Shown: positions 24,120-35,429 of the stretch, in pieces
Position numbering within the stretch: position 1 is the stretch's first letter
Layout: the number at the start of each line of letters is the position of its first letter
Origin: Raillietiella orientalis
Taxonomy: Eukaryota
DNA length: 64,000 nt
Reading direction: 5' to 3'
Assembly: GCA_036172245.1 (NCBI GenBank)
Contig: JAYWIR010000026.1
Location: forward strand, 868,001 to 932,000
Notes under the pieces: generated by a model
Seen by the model: the letters and a program-made list of their open reading frames with translations, nothing else
Database searches by the model: none
Told to the model about the DNA's origin: nothing
Program-made: the position numbers and the translations under genes

Positions 24120-27100
24120 TTTCACCCGGCTGCGCCGGGGCGTTTATTATAAACTATCCGGGAACAGGGTTCCCGGACAAAGGGGAAAACAAGAGACGAA
24201 GGGGGTGGGATCCCCGACACGCAGGTCGGTGTGCCGAAAGTCCGGAACGGGAGGGAAGGGACCACAAACACACTACTATATAAAAAAATAAAAGAAAAAT
24301 GTGGAGGGAAGGGGACAGGGGTCTTTGGTAAATCCGTTCCTTCCTTTCAAAACCGGCGATGGATGCCGGCGATCTCTCTCCTTACGCCCTGTGGCAGATG
24401 GGCCCACTGGGCAGCCGACGACATGTTTGCGCTGGCTAATCCGGTGGGCTGACGAAGGATGGCCAGCTTCTCCAACTCTCGGTGGGCCTTGCGATGGCGC
24501 GGGTGCAACACACGGTTGCAACGACAGCACCCAATGACAGGCCGCCTGGCGTGAAGAAGCGGCGCATCAACTCCCTCGCGGTGTCCCCCTGGTGCAGGAG
24601 AGCTGAGGCCAGCCTCCGCCAGAGTCCTAGAAGGGCACCGCAGTCCAGGAGCAGGTGCGGGAGCGTTTCCACTTCCCCGCACCGCTTACAGTTTAGGGAG
24701 ACGACTCCTCCGGAAACAAGGTTCGTGCGCTGGTTGGAGTGAAAACCCCAATGCACCAGCATAATCACATCCTTCTTCCACGAAAGGGGGAACACAGAAG
24801 TGTTCAGACACGAGGGAGGAACCACAAGTTCTTCAAGGGGCACAATCAAGTTTTCACTCCACCGAAGGAGTCCCTTCGGAACGTGGCGAGGCGTGGCGGC
24901 GTCCGCCAGCTCGCAAGTCTTCCAGCCGCCAATAGGTCGCGTTGTTCCTGGGATGGTGCAGGCGACCTCCCATCTCGCCTGTTCGCAACTGTCATCTCTT
25001 GCCCTGAGGGCTGACAGTGCGTCTTCGAGGGGGGTGACGGCCAGGCGGGTCCACTTCTCCTGGCTGTTGCACACCTCATCCACCGTGCAGTACGGGGAGA
25101 GGTGAGCGCAACGGAGTTCCAGGAGGGAAACATCCTGATGCTTTGCCCAGCCATGCAACGGTTCCTGCCGCCAGGCTTGAAATTTCGTTGGGCGGCAGGA
25201 GATCCATCCCTGGGCTTACAGGAGCCGATACAGCGGTTTCAAGGGGAAACCGAAGCTTCTCGTGGCGCGCTCCGTGTGCGGCCGCAGCGACAGAAGTCCA
25301 TCGCTGCCTGTGCAGCGCCGCAGAAGCAGGCGCGCGGGAGCGCACCACGGTGTGGACCAAAGGTTGGCGCACAGGGCCAACATCCGAAGCTGCACCTGCA
25401 GCTCGATTCTCTCCAGCGTCAGGATGCCTAAGCCTGCATCCCGACGCGGAGCCGCCAAGTCTTTGAGGCGGATCCTGGACCTCGCAGGTCCCCACAGAGC
25501 GTTCCTCAACAGGCTGTGCGCCTGGAGCTTGGCCGAGTAGGGGGGCGGGCAAACAAAAAGCAGGGGGCGCAAGAGAGGGGCAACGAAGGTGTTCCATATC
25601 GTGGCCCGCTCCGGCAGGACGAACCTCCCATGCTGGAACGGGCTCAGGGCATTCGAAGCCTTCCGAAGGCAGTCCGACCACACTTCCACTGGGCTGATGT
25701 TCCCCAGCGGAACGCCCAGATATTGCACGGAGGAAGCGGTCGGGATCCCCAGGCGGATCCAGTCGGACTGCCCCTCCCACGCCGCACCAATAGGTGCGAC
25801 CACGCTCTTGCTCCGGTTTACGCTCATGCCCGCTCCCCGGCGAATCAGCTCGAAGAAATCCTCGAGACTGGATGCCGGGGTGGTCATGGGTAAGAGGAGG
25901 AGCAGGTCGTCAGCATAGGCCGCCACGGACGGCGTTCCTGGACAAAGGCTCGGCAGGTTGGCCAGCGTCAGCCTGTACGCCCTCAGCACCAACTCAAAGA
26001 AGATGCTGAAGAGCAACGGGCTTAAGCTGTCGCCCTGCCTGATGCCCCGCCGCACCTGCACGCCGTACACGTGGCAGCCGTTAAAAGAGATGGAAATGAG
26101 CGCGTGGCGCCAGCAAGCGCGCAAATACGCCACGAGGTGCACCGGGAGACCGAGGCGTTCCAGGAGTTCCAGCAGGAGATCCTGATTTACGCAATCCAAC
26201 GCCTTTCGGAGATCGACCGCGACCGCCAAGGCACCCGGCGCTTCCCCAGGCCGAATGCAGCGACGCCTAGCCTGGGCAGCCGCAGACGCGGTTGCCTGGC
26301 TGTCGTGCGCCACGCAGCGTTGCAGCTCGAGCCACGTGCGCGCGAAGAACAGGTTCGCCTCCATGGACCGCCCGGGAACAGCGTAAGACTGCTCCGGACT
26401 TACCACTGATCCAGCGATCCTGCCCAGGCGCGCGACCCACAGCCTGGAGAACAACTTGACGTCCGCATTCACCAAGGTGATGGGACGCCAGTTGCTTAAA
26501 TGGCGCCTGTCTCCGCCTTTCGGCAACAGACGCACCCTTGCTGAGCGAAACGAGGCCGGGACATTGCCCGTCTCTCGCATCAGCGCAGAAAGCCTCAGCA
26601 CCAGGGGGATTAGTTCCGCCGCGAAGCACTGGAAGAACTCCGCAGGCAGACCATCCTCACCTGGCGCCTTGCGCTTCTTGAGGCCCGCTATGGCGGAAGA
26701 CACTTCTTCCGCCGTGAAGGGCAAGTCAAGAGTGGCGCGTTCCTCCTCGTCGACCGCCGGGGAATCCGCCGGCAGAAGCAGCTCCGAGAGACTGCGTTCC
26801 GTCGGCTCCCTAGCGTACAACAAGGAGTAATAGTGCTTTAGGAGGCGGCGAACTTCGGCCGCGCCCGAGCACTCCAGGCCCTGGTCGTCGAGCAGACAAG
26901 CTGCTCCTGACTGCCAGACCTGGCGCTCGGCCTTGGCCTTGTACTCCGCAAGGTACCGGACGTCCGGGCATCGGAAGAATTGGCGGGCCTGCAGAAACTC
27001 TCTGCTGTTGGCCACGCCTTCCCCGAAGCCACGGGGAAGCAGGCGCACGGGGAACCGGCTGCAGAACTCGCGGACCGATCTTTTCAGATCGTCCCAGTCC

Positions 27101-28364
27101 ACGAGCTCTCGAACGGCAAAGGTCCGGAGATGCTGGCGGAGGTGCTCCGCAGCCACCGGATTTCTCAACCAGTCGGCCGGCAACCTCCAGACGTGCGTCG
27201 GAGGGCCCTTGCCAGGCGGGAGTCGCTCAAACTCCAGCCTGTAGTGGTCGGAAAGCTCGGACGGCACGGGACCTCTTCGACCCACCCGACAATGCAGGTG
27301 ATCGTCGAGGAACACATGGTCCGGCAAAGCACGCATTCCGGGATCGTCGGCCAGCAAATTCGAGGCGTGCACCGACGCGCACACCTCGTTCACCAGCCGT
27401 TTCTCCCGGCGACGGTGAGACTCCTCCGATAGCGCGTGGACGTTGAAGTCCCCGGCTACGAGGTGAGCCACGTCGGGGCCGGAGTTGCTGAGCCAGCGGT
27501 CGCGCAGTCTCTCGAAAAACTCCAGTTTCTCGGTGTGACGCGCGGAGCCGCTCGGCGCGTACACGTTCGTGACGACAAGGTTGATCGATTCGGACCACTT
27601 GAGAACAAGTTGGCCCACACGACCTTCCTCGTCGAAACAAACGCTCCGCACCCCTCCCGCCACCCTGCCCCGGACAAGGAATGCGACTCCGCAGGTATTC
27701 TGGGAGCCTGACCTCCAATGGAGCGTCCCGCCTGCGCGAACTTGCAGATCGGCCGCTTGCTGCTCGGAGAGTGCGTGAATCTCCTGCAGCAGGGCCAGAT
27801 CGAAGTCGCGCAAGACGTTGGCAACCAATCGCCTCTTCTCGTTGTCCTGCAGCCCGTTGACGTTCCAACAGGCCACTCGGACGCGACGGGAAGAAGCGAG
27901 ACCGCGCATTGCTGCTACGGACATGGAGGTGCGTTCCTCGCCCCGTCCGGCGAGGCATCAGCCGGGAGCACGGCGGATGAGGTAGCGCAAGCGCTTCCTG
28001 TCCCCACCGCGCCGCTCACGGCCGGCTCGGTGGAGTCGAGGACCATTGCCTCGGGCTCCGAGGAGCATCGGCAACCGTTCCCGGCATCAGGCTCTTGCCT
28101 GGCAAGTTTTGGCTTGCGCGCAGCCCTGGCCTTGACCGGGGCTTGGCGAGCCTTAGCGCTGCCCTCGGACTCCACCTCGGAGTCCGAATTGCGCGCGCGC
28201 GGCGGCGGGCGTTTCGCCTGCCTCTTTGTTTGCTGGCAGCCCGGAGCTGGTCCAGCACTCTTAGAGGGTGCCTTCGTCACTGATCCCCCTTTCGGGGTCA
28301 CGGCTTCGGCAGCTCCCCTCTCGCCGCGGGTGTTTGCGGCGGCGCGCGCGGCGGCAGCAGAGGC
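24120..28364 (-). mobile_element. Segment J: 5'-truncated family-1 element (ORF1 tail, complete ORF2, 3' UTR) flanked by TTGAT TSD
   Basis: 902-aa ORF 25216-27924 (EN+RT) plus frameshifted C-terminus with CKRC-x8-H-x4-C. TTGAT at 24115-24119 and 28365-28369. 3' motif AATAAA (24143-24148, minus) + hairpin. Confidence 0.94.
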
Positions 28365-31300
28365 TTGATGTGGCAATGCGGCACCCGATACACCTGCGGC
28401 GTCGGGTTTTTTATGAAGCCGGCAGTCGACGCAGCAGTGAAGGGCGTGCGCTTCGACGAAGCCGGTCGTGTCGGCCAGCTGATTCTCAGGTGGTCCGACA
28501 CGATCGACCTCGTCGTAACAAATGTGTACGCTCCGAGCGGTCCTACCAGGTACCAGCAACGTAAAGCGTTCCTGGAAACCCTGAAGCGCGACTGGCTGGC
28601 GGAAGCGAACGTGTGCGTGGCTCACCTGATAGCGGGAGACTTTAATCTCCGCCTGCTATCAGGTGAGCCACACGTACAGGAGCGGACGGCTAACGAGTTG
28701 TGCGCCGCCATGCGCACGCGCAACTTGTTAGGGGATCTTTCGGAAATGGTCAGCAGCATCGACCACGTCTTCCTGGATGTCGACCTGTGTTCACGGGTCG
28801 GCAAACGGGGGAAAGTTGCGTCGGTGCTGTCTGACTATTTCCGGTTGATATTCGAGGTGTGCCCGCTCGACAAGGGCCCCCCATCCAGGGCGTGGCGTCT
28901 GCCTGGGGACTGCACGCGACACTCAGGTGCGAAGGAACACCTTCGCGAATTCCTGAGAGGCGTCACCCTCCGCAATCTCAATGATTGGGACCTTTTTAAG
29001 GCCTCGGTCCGCGAGTTTTACGAGGAGTTCCCCTTGCACCTCCTGCCCCGGGGATTTGGGGTGGGCATCCGCAACGAACGAGCGTACTTGTATGCCCGTC
29101 GTTACGCGAGGACCCCCAATGTCCGTCGCCTGGCAGAGTACCTAGCCGGGGCCGAACGTCAAGCCTGGCAATCCGGATCGGCCAGCTTGCTGGACGACCA
29201 GGGCCGGGAGCACTCGGCTCCGGCTAGAATACGGCACCTCGTGCGGCGTTTTTATTCCTCCCTTTACGCCAGGGCGCCCCCGGACCAAGATGCCTCTCGG
29301 CGCTTGCTTCCGAACGGTGCCCCGGCAATAGGGGAGGAAGAGAAGGAAAGCCTCGACGAGCCTTTTACCACCGGCGAAATTCTCGCCGGTATCAAAAGGC
29401 TCAAGAGGCGGAAAGCACCAGGGGAGGACGGCCTGCCTGTGGAGTTTTTTCAATGCTTCGCGGCAGAGTTGGCACCCCTGGTGCTTGAGTTGACAAGGCT
29501 GATCCGAGATGAAGGCGATGTACCCGCCTCGTTTCGGTCAGCCAGAGTGAGGCTCCTTCCGAAACGAGGAGACCTCAGGAAACTCAGCAACTGGCGTCCG
29601 ATCACAATTGTGAACACGGACGCCAAGCTGATCGCCGGACTGTGGGCTTCGCGTCTGGGGCAGGTGGCTCATTCCATAATTAGCCCGGAGCAGACTTACG
29701 CTGTTCCCGGGCGAAGTATGGAGGCCAACCTCTTCTTCGCGAGCACATGGTTTCATGTGCAGAGTAGTAAAGAAAAGGAAGAGAGAAGGATTGGCAGCCC
29801 CGCTTTGGGGGCGTCAGCCGGGCAGGGACAGGACTCCCAGGTGGGGAAGGGAGCCCTGGCGATCGCAGTCGATCTGCATAAAGCGTTTGACTGCGTGGAC
29901 CAGGATCTCCTGCTGGAGCTCCTGGGACGCATGGGCTTCCCTCCCTCCCTACTGACCTACCTGCGCTCTTGCTGGCGCAGCGCGCTGATCAATATCTCTT
30001 TCAGAGGTCAAATGGCGTACGGCGTACCGGTACGGCGAGGCATACGGCAGGGCGACAGCCTCAGTCCCCTGCTCTTTAGCACCTACTTTGAGTTGGTGCT
30101 GAGAGCGTACAGGGTGACTTTGGCTTCCTTGCCAAGCTCGTGCCCCGGCACGCCCGCCGTAGCAGCGTACGCCGACGATCTTTTGCTTCTGTTGCCAATG
30201 TCCACCCCGGCGAAGGCGGTCGGGGATTTCTTCGATCTGCTTAGCCGCGGGACCGGACTTACGGTGAACAGGGCGAAGTCGACGGTGGTTCCAGTCGGTG
30301 CGGCGTGGGCTGGGCAGCAGGACTGGGTCCGCTTGGGGATCCCCACGGCGAGGTGCTTGAAGTACCTTGGTGTGCCGTTGGGGGACTACTCCCCTGCGGA
30401 AGCGTGGTCTGGCTGCCTCCAAAAAGTGGAAACGGCGATCGGCCCGTTCTTGGAAGACAAAGTTCTCCTTCCGGAACGGGCCGCGGTATGGAACGCGTTC
30501 GCGGCTCCTATCCTCCGCCCCCTGCTTTTTGTTTGCCCCGTCCCCAGAGAGTTGAAAAAACGGACAAAGGACCTCCTGAGAATTGCCCTTTGGGGAAGAG
30601 GGAGGCCCCGAGTCCCGTTGAAGGACTTGTGTGCTCCACGTCGGGATGGCGGTCTCGGCCTCTTGACGATGGAGCGAGTAGAGATTCAGCTGCGGTGGCG
30701 AACCCTCGCCATCGCAGCGAAGTTATGGAGCACTTCTTGGTGCGTTCCGGCCCGACTCCTTGCCAGCCGTGTATCCGGATCGGAGGGTCTCGCGTCCTAT
30801 CTTCTGTGCCGTGGCAGGAAGATCAAGAGATGCGGACTTCTCCTGGGACGCATGGCAACTCTGGCTAAGGAAAACGGCTGGATGGTATGCAGCCCCGCCA
30901 ACTCCTCCGCATGGCTGGAGGAGACAGCTGGCACGTGGGCGAAGATTAATGAAAAAAATGAAGAGATGTGGAACTGCCTGCGACGCGGCGCCTATTCCCG
31001 CTGCACTCTGCGGAAGATACTCCAGTGTCCCGCGAGAAGCACGTGGGCAGAGACAACCCCCCTAGCTACGGCGTTGCCCTTCCTGAGGAGGGCGCTCTCC
31101 AGCAGCCGCAAGCCTAGGTGGCAAGTCTCCTGCCGCATCGCAGGCAAGGAGAAGTTGATCAGCGGCTGGTCCACGGGTGAACTGGCGGACGCCAGTACCC
31201 CTAGTGTCCAGCCGAGAGGACTGCAGAGATGGGGCGAGCTACTCGGCATCCAGCCGGATGACCTGAAGTGGCCCCCGGTATTAATTGGATCTAGGATCCT

Positions 31301-31766
31301 CCCCCTGAAGTGGCAGGAGTCGGCGCTTCTGTTGTTGCATTGGGGTCTACCCTGCAACGCACGCCGCCACCACTGGACCAGGGGTCGAGTAGATCCTACC
31401 TGCATCAGGTGTGGGGAACGGGAAACCCTCCCTCACCTCCTTGTTGATTGTGCTGCCCTCCGACCCCTGTGGGAACGTCTTCGTGCCTCCCTACGGATCC
31501 AGGACGGCAGCCAGCCCAGAGACGTTTTTCGGCTTCTGTTCGTGCATGATTCCCTGTGTCCAGCCGCTGCCCTGGCTGCACTTTGCTGCGTACGCGGGAT
31601 TGTGACGTGCTGGAGCAACGTCGGAAGACCGAATCACGACAGGGATGCCGTCGTACTTGCAGTCCGCTACCTGCGGATTGTGACCAGATGGCCCCACCTG
31701 GGAATTATACGGACGGACCTCGAGGGCATCCTGCGAAGGATGGACCCTCCTCCCAGTGGTCAGTGA
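28365..31766 (+). CDS. Uninterrupted 1133-codon ORF2 portion: APE endonuclease, reverse transcriptase, CCHC
   Basis: NVYAP, GDFN, IDHVF, KAPGEDG, WRPIT, KAFD, QGDSLSP, YADD, CIRC-x8-H-x4-C. Its N-terminus is separated by insertion J, so it is not an independent gene. Confidence 0.9.
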   Translation: MMWQCGTRYTCGVGFFMKPAVDAAVKGVRFDEAGRVGQLILRWSDTIDLVVTNVYAPSGPTRYQQRKAFLETLKRDWLAEANVCVAHLIAGDFNLRLLSGEPHVQERTANELCAAMRTRNLLGDLSEMVSSIDHVFLDVDLCSRVGKRGKVASVLSDYFRLIFEVCPLDKGPPSRAWRLPGDCTRHSGAKEHLREFLRGVTLRNLNDWDLFKASVREFYEEFPLHLLPRGFGVGIRNERAYLYARRYARTPNVRRLAEYLAGAERQAWQSGSASLLDDQGREHSAPARIRHLVRRFYSSLYARAPPDQDASRRLLPNGAPAIGEEEKESLDEPFTTGEILAGIKRLKRRKAPGEDGLPVEFFQCFAAELAPLVLELTRLIRDEGDVPASFRSARVRLLPKRGDLRKLSNWRPITIVNTDAKLIAGLWASRLGQVAHSIISPEQTYAVPGRSMEANLFFASTWFHVQSSKEKEERRIGSPALGASAGQGQDSQVGKGALAIAVDLHKAFDCVDQDLLLELLGRMGFPPSLLTYLRSCWRSALINISFRGQMAYGVPVRRGIRQGDSLSPLLFSTYFELVLRAYRVTLASLPSSCPGTPAVAAYADDLLLLLPMSTPAKAVGDFFDLLSRGTGLTVNRAKSTVVPVGAAWAGQQDWVRLGIPTARCLKYLGVPLGDYSPAEAWSGCLQKVETAIGPFLEDKVLLPERAAVWNAFAAPILRPLLFVCPVPRELKKRTKDLLRIALWGRGRPRVPLKDLCAPRRDGGLGLLTMERVEIQLRWRTLAIAAKLWSTSWCVPARLLASRVSGSEGLASYLLCRGRKIKRCGLLLGRMATLAKENGWMVCSPANSSAWLEETAGTWAKINEKNEEMWNCLRRGAYSRCTLRKILQCPARSTWAETTPLATALPFLRRALSSSRKPRWQVSCRIAGKEKLISGWSTGELADASTPSVQPRGLQRWGELLGIQPDDLKWPPVLIGSRILPLKWQESALLLLHWGLPCNARRHHWTRGRVDPTCIRCGERETLPHLLVDCAALRPLWERLRASLRIQDGSQPRDVFRLLFVHDSLCPAAALAALCCVRGIVTCWSNVGRPNHDRDAVVLAVRYLRIVTRWPHLGIIRTDLEGILRRMDPPPSGQ

Positions 31767-31972
31767 TCCCTCCCCAACCCTCCCAAATCTTTTTGTTTTT
31801 ATGTTTTATTTTTCTTTTTGTTTTTTCCCCCCCCCCCTTCCGCTGCCGAGGAGAGTCGCGCCGGTCTGCGTACCGGCGACCCGGCAGGTCCAGTTGAGTT
31901 GGCCGTAGTGGGGCCTCGTACCACGAACCAAAGAGAATTTTGAATAAACGCCCCGGCGTGACCGGGTGGCAT
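28365..31972 (+). mobile_element. Segment K: remainder of element I+K (ORF2 and 3' UTR)
   Basis: Resumes exactly where segment I stops (IAGGRL|MWQCGTRYTCGVGF). 3' motif AATAAA(31943)-CCCGG/CCGGG-TGGCAT. Confidence 0.94.
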
Positions 31973-32762
31973 CTATCAACTTGGCATCCGCATTCACTAT
32001 TGTGATAGGACGCCAGTTGCTCATGCTCCGAAGGTCTCCTCCCTTAGGGAGGAGACGCACCTTTGCCGAACGAAACGAGGCGTGGACGTCGCCCGTTTTG
32101 CGGATCAGCAAGGTGAGTTTCTTCACCAGAGGAGTGAGCTCTGCCGCGAAACATTGAAAAAATTCCGCTGGCAGGCCATCCTCCCCTGGAGCCTTCCGCC
32201 TCTTGAGCTTTCCGATGGCCGAGATGATCTCGCCCATCGTGAAAGGTTCGGCGATTGTCTTTCTATGTTCCTCCCCGATTGCCGGAGCGCCTTCCGGAAG
32301 AAGAAGTCGCGAGACATCCCGTTCCTGTGGAACGCGCGCGTACAGGGAGGAGTAGAATTTTTTTAATACGCCTTTTACCTAGGCGGGGGCCGAGTGCTCC
32401 GAACCCTGGTCGTCCAGTAAGCTGGCCGACCCGGATTGCCACGCCTGCCTCTCGGCTCCTGCACGGTATTCGGCTAGCCTGCGTACGTCTGGTGTTCGCG
32501 CGTAACATCGAGATTGTAAATACCATCTCTCGCTACGCACGCTTTCACCAAACCCGGCAGGCAGGAGGTTCATAGGGAACTCGTCGCAAACATCCCGGAC
32601 CGAGCGCTTGAAACGGTCCGAGTACTGAAGCGTCTGTAAGCTGAAACCTCGTATGAATCCGCGGAGATGCTCCGCAGCTTCCGGAAGTTTCAGCCATTCC
32701 CCCGGTAAGCGCCACGCAGATGACGGCGGACCCCTATCGCGTGGGCGCACCTCGAGTACGAT
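31973..32762 (-). mobile_element. Segment L: upstream part of element L+H (end of endonuclease to WRPIT)
   Basis: IVLEVRPRDRGPP...QAWQSG...KAPGEDG...WRPITIVNADAKLI, joining segment H across the 13-bp TSD. Confidence 0.9.
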
Positions 32763-32850
32763 TTTCCCCAAGTCCCACAAGGGGTGGGGTAAATTTATTT
32801 TCTATAAAAATAACATTCACACTACAATTTTATATTCACACTCTCATTCA
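32763..32850 (-). mobile_element. Segment m: ~90-bp 3'-terminal fragment of family 2
   Basis: The reverse complement ATTGTAGTGTGAATGTT...AAATAAATTTACCCCACCCCTTGTGGGACTTGGGGAAAA matches the 3' end of segment E (16375-16450). Confidence 0.88.
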
Positions 32851-34047
32851 CGCTGAAGGACTCGCGTCTTCTCTTCTGTGCTCCGGCCGGTAAATAAGAA
32901 GATGCGGACTTCTCCTGGGATGCATGGCCACCCTGGCAAAGGAGAACGCGTGGATGACCTGCATCCCCGCCAACTCCAGCGCATGGCTGGAAGAAACAGT
33001 TGGAACGTGGGCAAAGATAAACAATATCAGTGAAGAATCCTGCAACGGCCTGCGTACCGGCATCTACACCCGCTGCACGCTGCGGAACATGATCGTGTGT
33101 CCCGCCAGAAGCACATGGGCGGAGACGACCCCACTGGCCACGGCGCTACCCTTCCTACGGAGGGCGCTCCGCAATATTCGGAAGCCGAGATGGCAAGTCT
33201 CCTGCCGGATAGCGGGCAAAGAGAAGGATCTGACTGGGTGGACCATGAGGGAACTTGCTGACGCCGCGACCCCAAGAATTCACCCACATGGACTACGGAG
33301 ATGGGGCGTGCTGCTTGGCATCCCGACGGATGACCTAGAGTGGCCCCCGTCGTTCATTGATTCATCAATCCTCCCCCTAAAGTGGCAGGAAACGGCGCTG
33401 CTGTTGTTGCACTGGGGTCTTCCCTGCAACGCGCGCCGCCAACACTGGACGTGGGGGAATGTTGAACAGAACTGCGGTGTGCGGGGAGAAGGAATCCCTC
33501 CCCCATCTGTTAGTGGACTGCGGTGCCCTCCGGCCCTTGTGGGAACGTTTTGCTACGAACCTTTCAATGCCGGTAGGCAGCACCCCCAGAGACGTTATGA
33601 GATTCCTCTTCGAGCGACACGCCCTGACACCAGCCTCAGCCCTGGCAGCACTTTGCTGCCTCCGAGGGATTGCGGCCGCGTGGAGCGCAGCCAACAGAGG
33701 AAGCAGCGACAGGGATCCCATCGTACACAATGGTCGATACCTGCGAATCGCGATCGGCTGGTCCCATCTGGGAACAATGAAGAGGGACCTCGAGGGCATC
33801 CTCGAAAGGATGGTCTCTTCCTCCAGCGGGCTGTGATCCCTTCCCGGCCCTCCAAATAGTTTTTTTTCGTTTATTTCTTTTATTTTTCTTTTCGTTTTTA
33901 CCCCCTACCCCCTCCGCTGCCGAGGAGAGTCAAGCCGGCCTGCGAGCCGGCTTCCCGGAAGGTCCAAAGAACTATTGGCCGTAGCGGGGCCTCGTACCAC
34001 GAAAACAAAGTGTTTAGGAATAAACGCCCCGGCGTGACCGGGTGAAA
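32851..34047 (+). mobile_element. Segment N: 3' fragment of family 1 (A/K-like subfamily)
   Basis: MATLAKENAW...LPLKWQE...HWGLPCNARR. 3' motif AATAAA(34019)-CCCGG/CCGGG-TGAAA. Confidence 0.9.
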
Positions 34048-34394
34048 ACTCCCCGATGTCCAGTGAGATGATCGTGCTCTTCTTAAAAGTCCCCAATGGA
34101 GCAGAAGCAACGCCGTCTCCTGCCATTTCAGGGGAAGGGTGCCGTTATCCCAACCCGCTGGGGGCCACTTCACCTTCTTCGGAGGTACGTCGAGCAGCGC
34201 GCCCCAGCGTATAAGTCCATTCGGCGGGACAGTGGGAGTACTAACGTCCGCTAGTTCCCGAGACGTCCACGCCTTCAACAGTTTTTTTCTGTTTCCGATG
34301 AGGCAGGACACTTTCCACGATGTCTCTTGCTGGTTGTCCCGAACTTCCCTGATGGACTGGGGCAAGGGGGATGAAAGAAGCCTACAGAAGTTTC
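34048..34394 (-). mobile_element. Segment O: internal ORF2 C-terminal fragment of family 1
   Basis: WKVSCLIG...WTSRELAD...LPLKWQETALLLLHWG, cut at HWTSGS by the 3' end of segment N. Confidence 0.85.
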
Positions 34395-35429
34395 GTCGAT
34401 GACCGTACGCTCGACAGCCGCTGCAGGAGATTATCAACACGCCCCGGAAGTTTCTGTGTGCTTCTTTCACCCCCCTTGCCCCCGTTCTGTCCTCCCTGAA
34501 GAACATTAGGAGCAGCAACAAGGGAGCATCGTGGGAAGTGTCCTGCCTCATCCGACGCAGGAGAAAACCTTTAAAGGCGTGGACGACTTGGGAGCTAGCG
34601 GACGCTGCCACCCCGAGCGTCCCTCCTCACGGACTTGTGCGCTGGGGAAAGCTGCTCGCAATACCTCCGGAGGAGGTGAAGTGGGCCCCCGCATGTTGGG
34701 ATTGCGGCACCCTTCCGTTAAAGTGGCAGGAGACGGCGTTGCTATTTCTGTACTGGGGACTGTTAAGCATAGCACGCCTGTTTCACTGGGCACTGGGGAA
34801 CGTGGATGCCCGATGCGTCGAATGCGGTGAAAGGGAAACCTTCCCACATCTTACCCTCGAGTGTGTCGCCCTGGTTGGACTCTGGAGTCTAATCGCCCCA
34901 ATCCTCCATCTTCCAGTAGGCGACCCTAAGGTCACTTACCGTCGCCTCTTTCTGCGTGACGACCTGCGCTCCGCTGCGTCTCTAGCAGTCCTCTGCTGCG
35001 TGCTCGGCATCGTGCAAAGGTGGAACGCAAGAGGTCAAAGATGCAGGGACGCCATCCACTGGACGACGATCTCCTTGGAGACGGCCACAAGGTGGCGTCT
35101 ACCAGCAACGATAAAAACGGAACTTGTCTGCATCCTGGAGAGGACGCGGAGGACCTATCTAGGCGCTCAGTGATCCCCTCCCTGCCCTCCACTCCCCCAT
35201 ATAACTATTCCCCCTCCCCGTTATTTCGCTTTTTGTTTCTTTGTTTTTTATTTTCCCCTTCCCCCGCGCCTGGGGAGAGAACCTCGCAGGTCTAAGGACC
35301 GGGTAGAGAGAATATTGCAGCGTGGGAGAACCGAGTGTTCCCCCACATAAAAAAGTTTTTTAAAGACTTTATTATCTAATTTTTGTAACAAATTAGAATA
35401 ATAAATGCCCCGGCATATCCGGGTGACAA
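34395..35429 (+). mobile_element. Segment P: 3' fragment of family 1
   Basis: ORF 34538-35173 with CVEC-x8-H-x4-C. 3' motif AATAAA(35400)-CCCGG/CCGGG-TGACAA. Confidence 0.88.

Noticed and set aside
32355..32380. AT-run plus CGCCT/AGGCG hairpin resembling another 3' end
   Set aside because: On the minus strand it is ordinary ORF2 coding sequence (SAPA*VKGVLKKFYSSL).
32851..34047. N as the continuation of G after the L+H insertion
   Set aside because: N starts far downstream of KAFD, belongs to the A/K subfamily and shares no TSD with 19366.
34048..35429. O/P head-to-head pair as a twin-priming 5' inversion of one element
   Set aside because: The two arms cover the same ORF2 region and are clearly diverged from each other, so they are separate copies.
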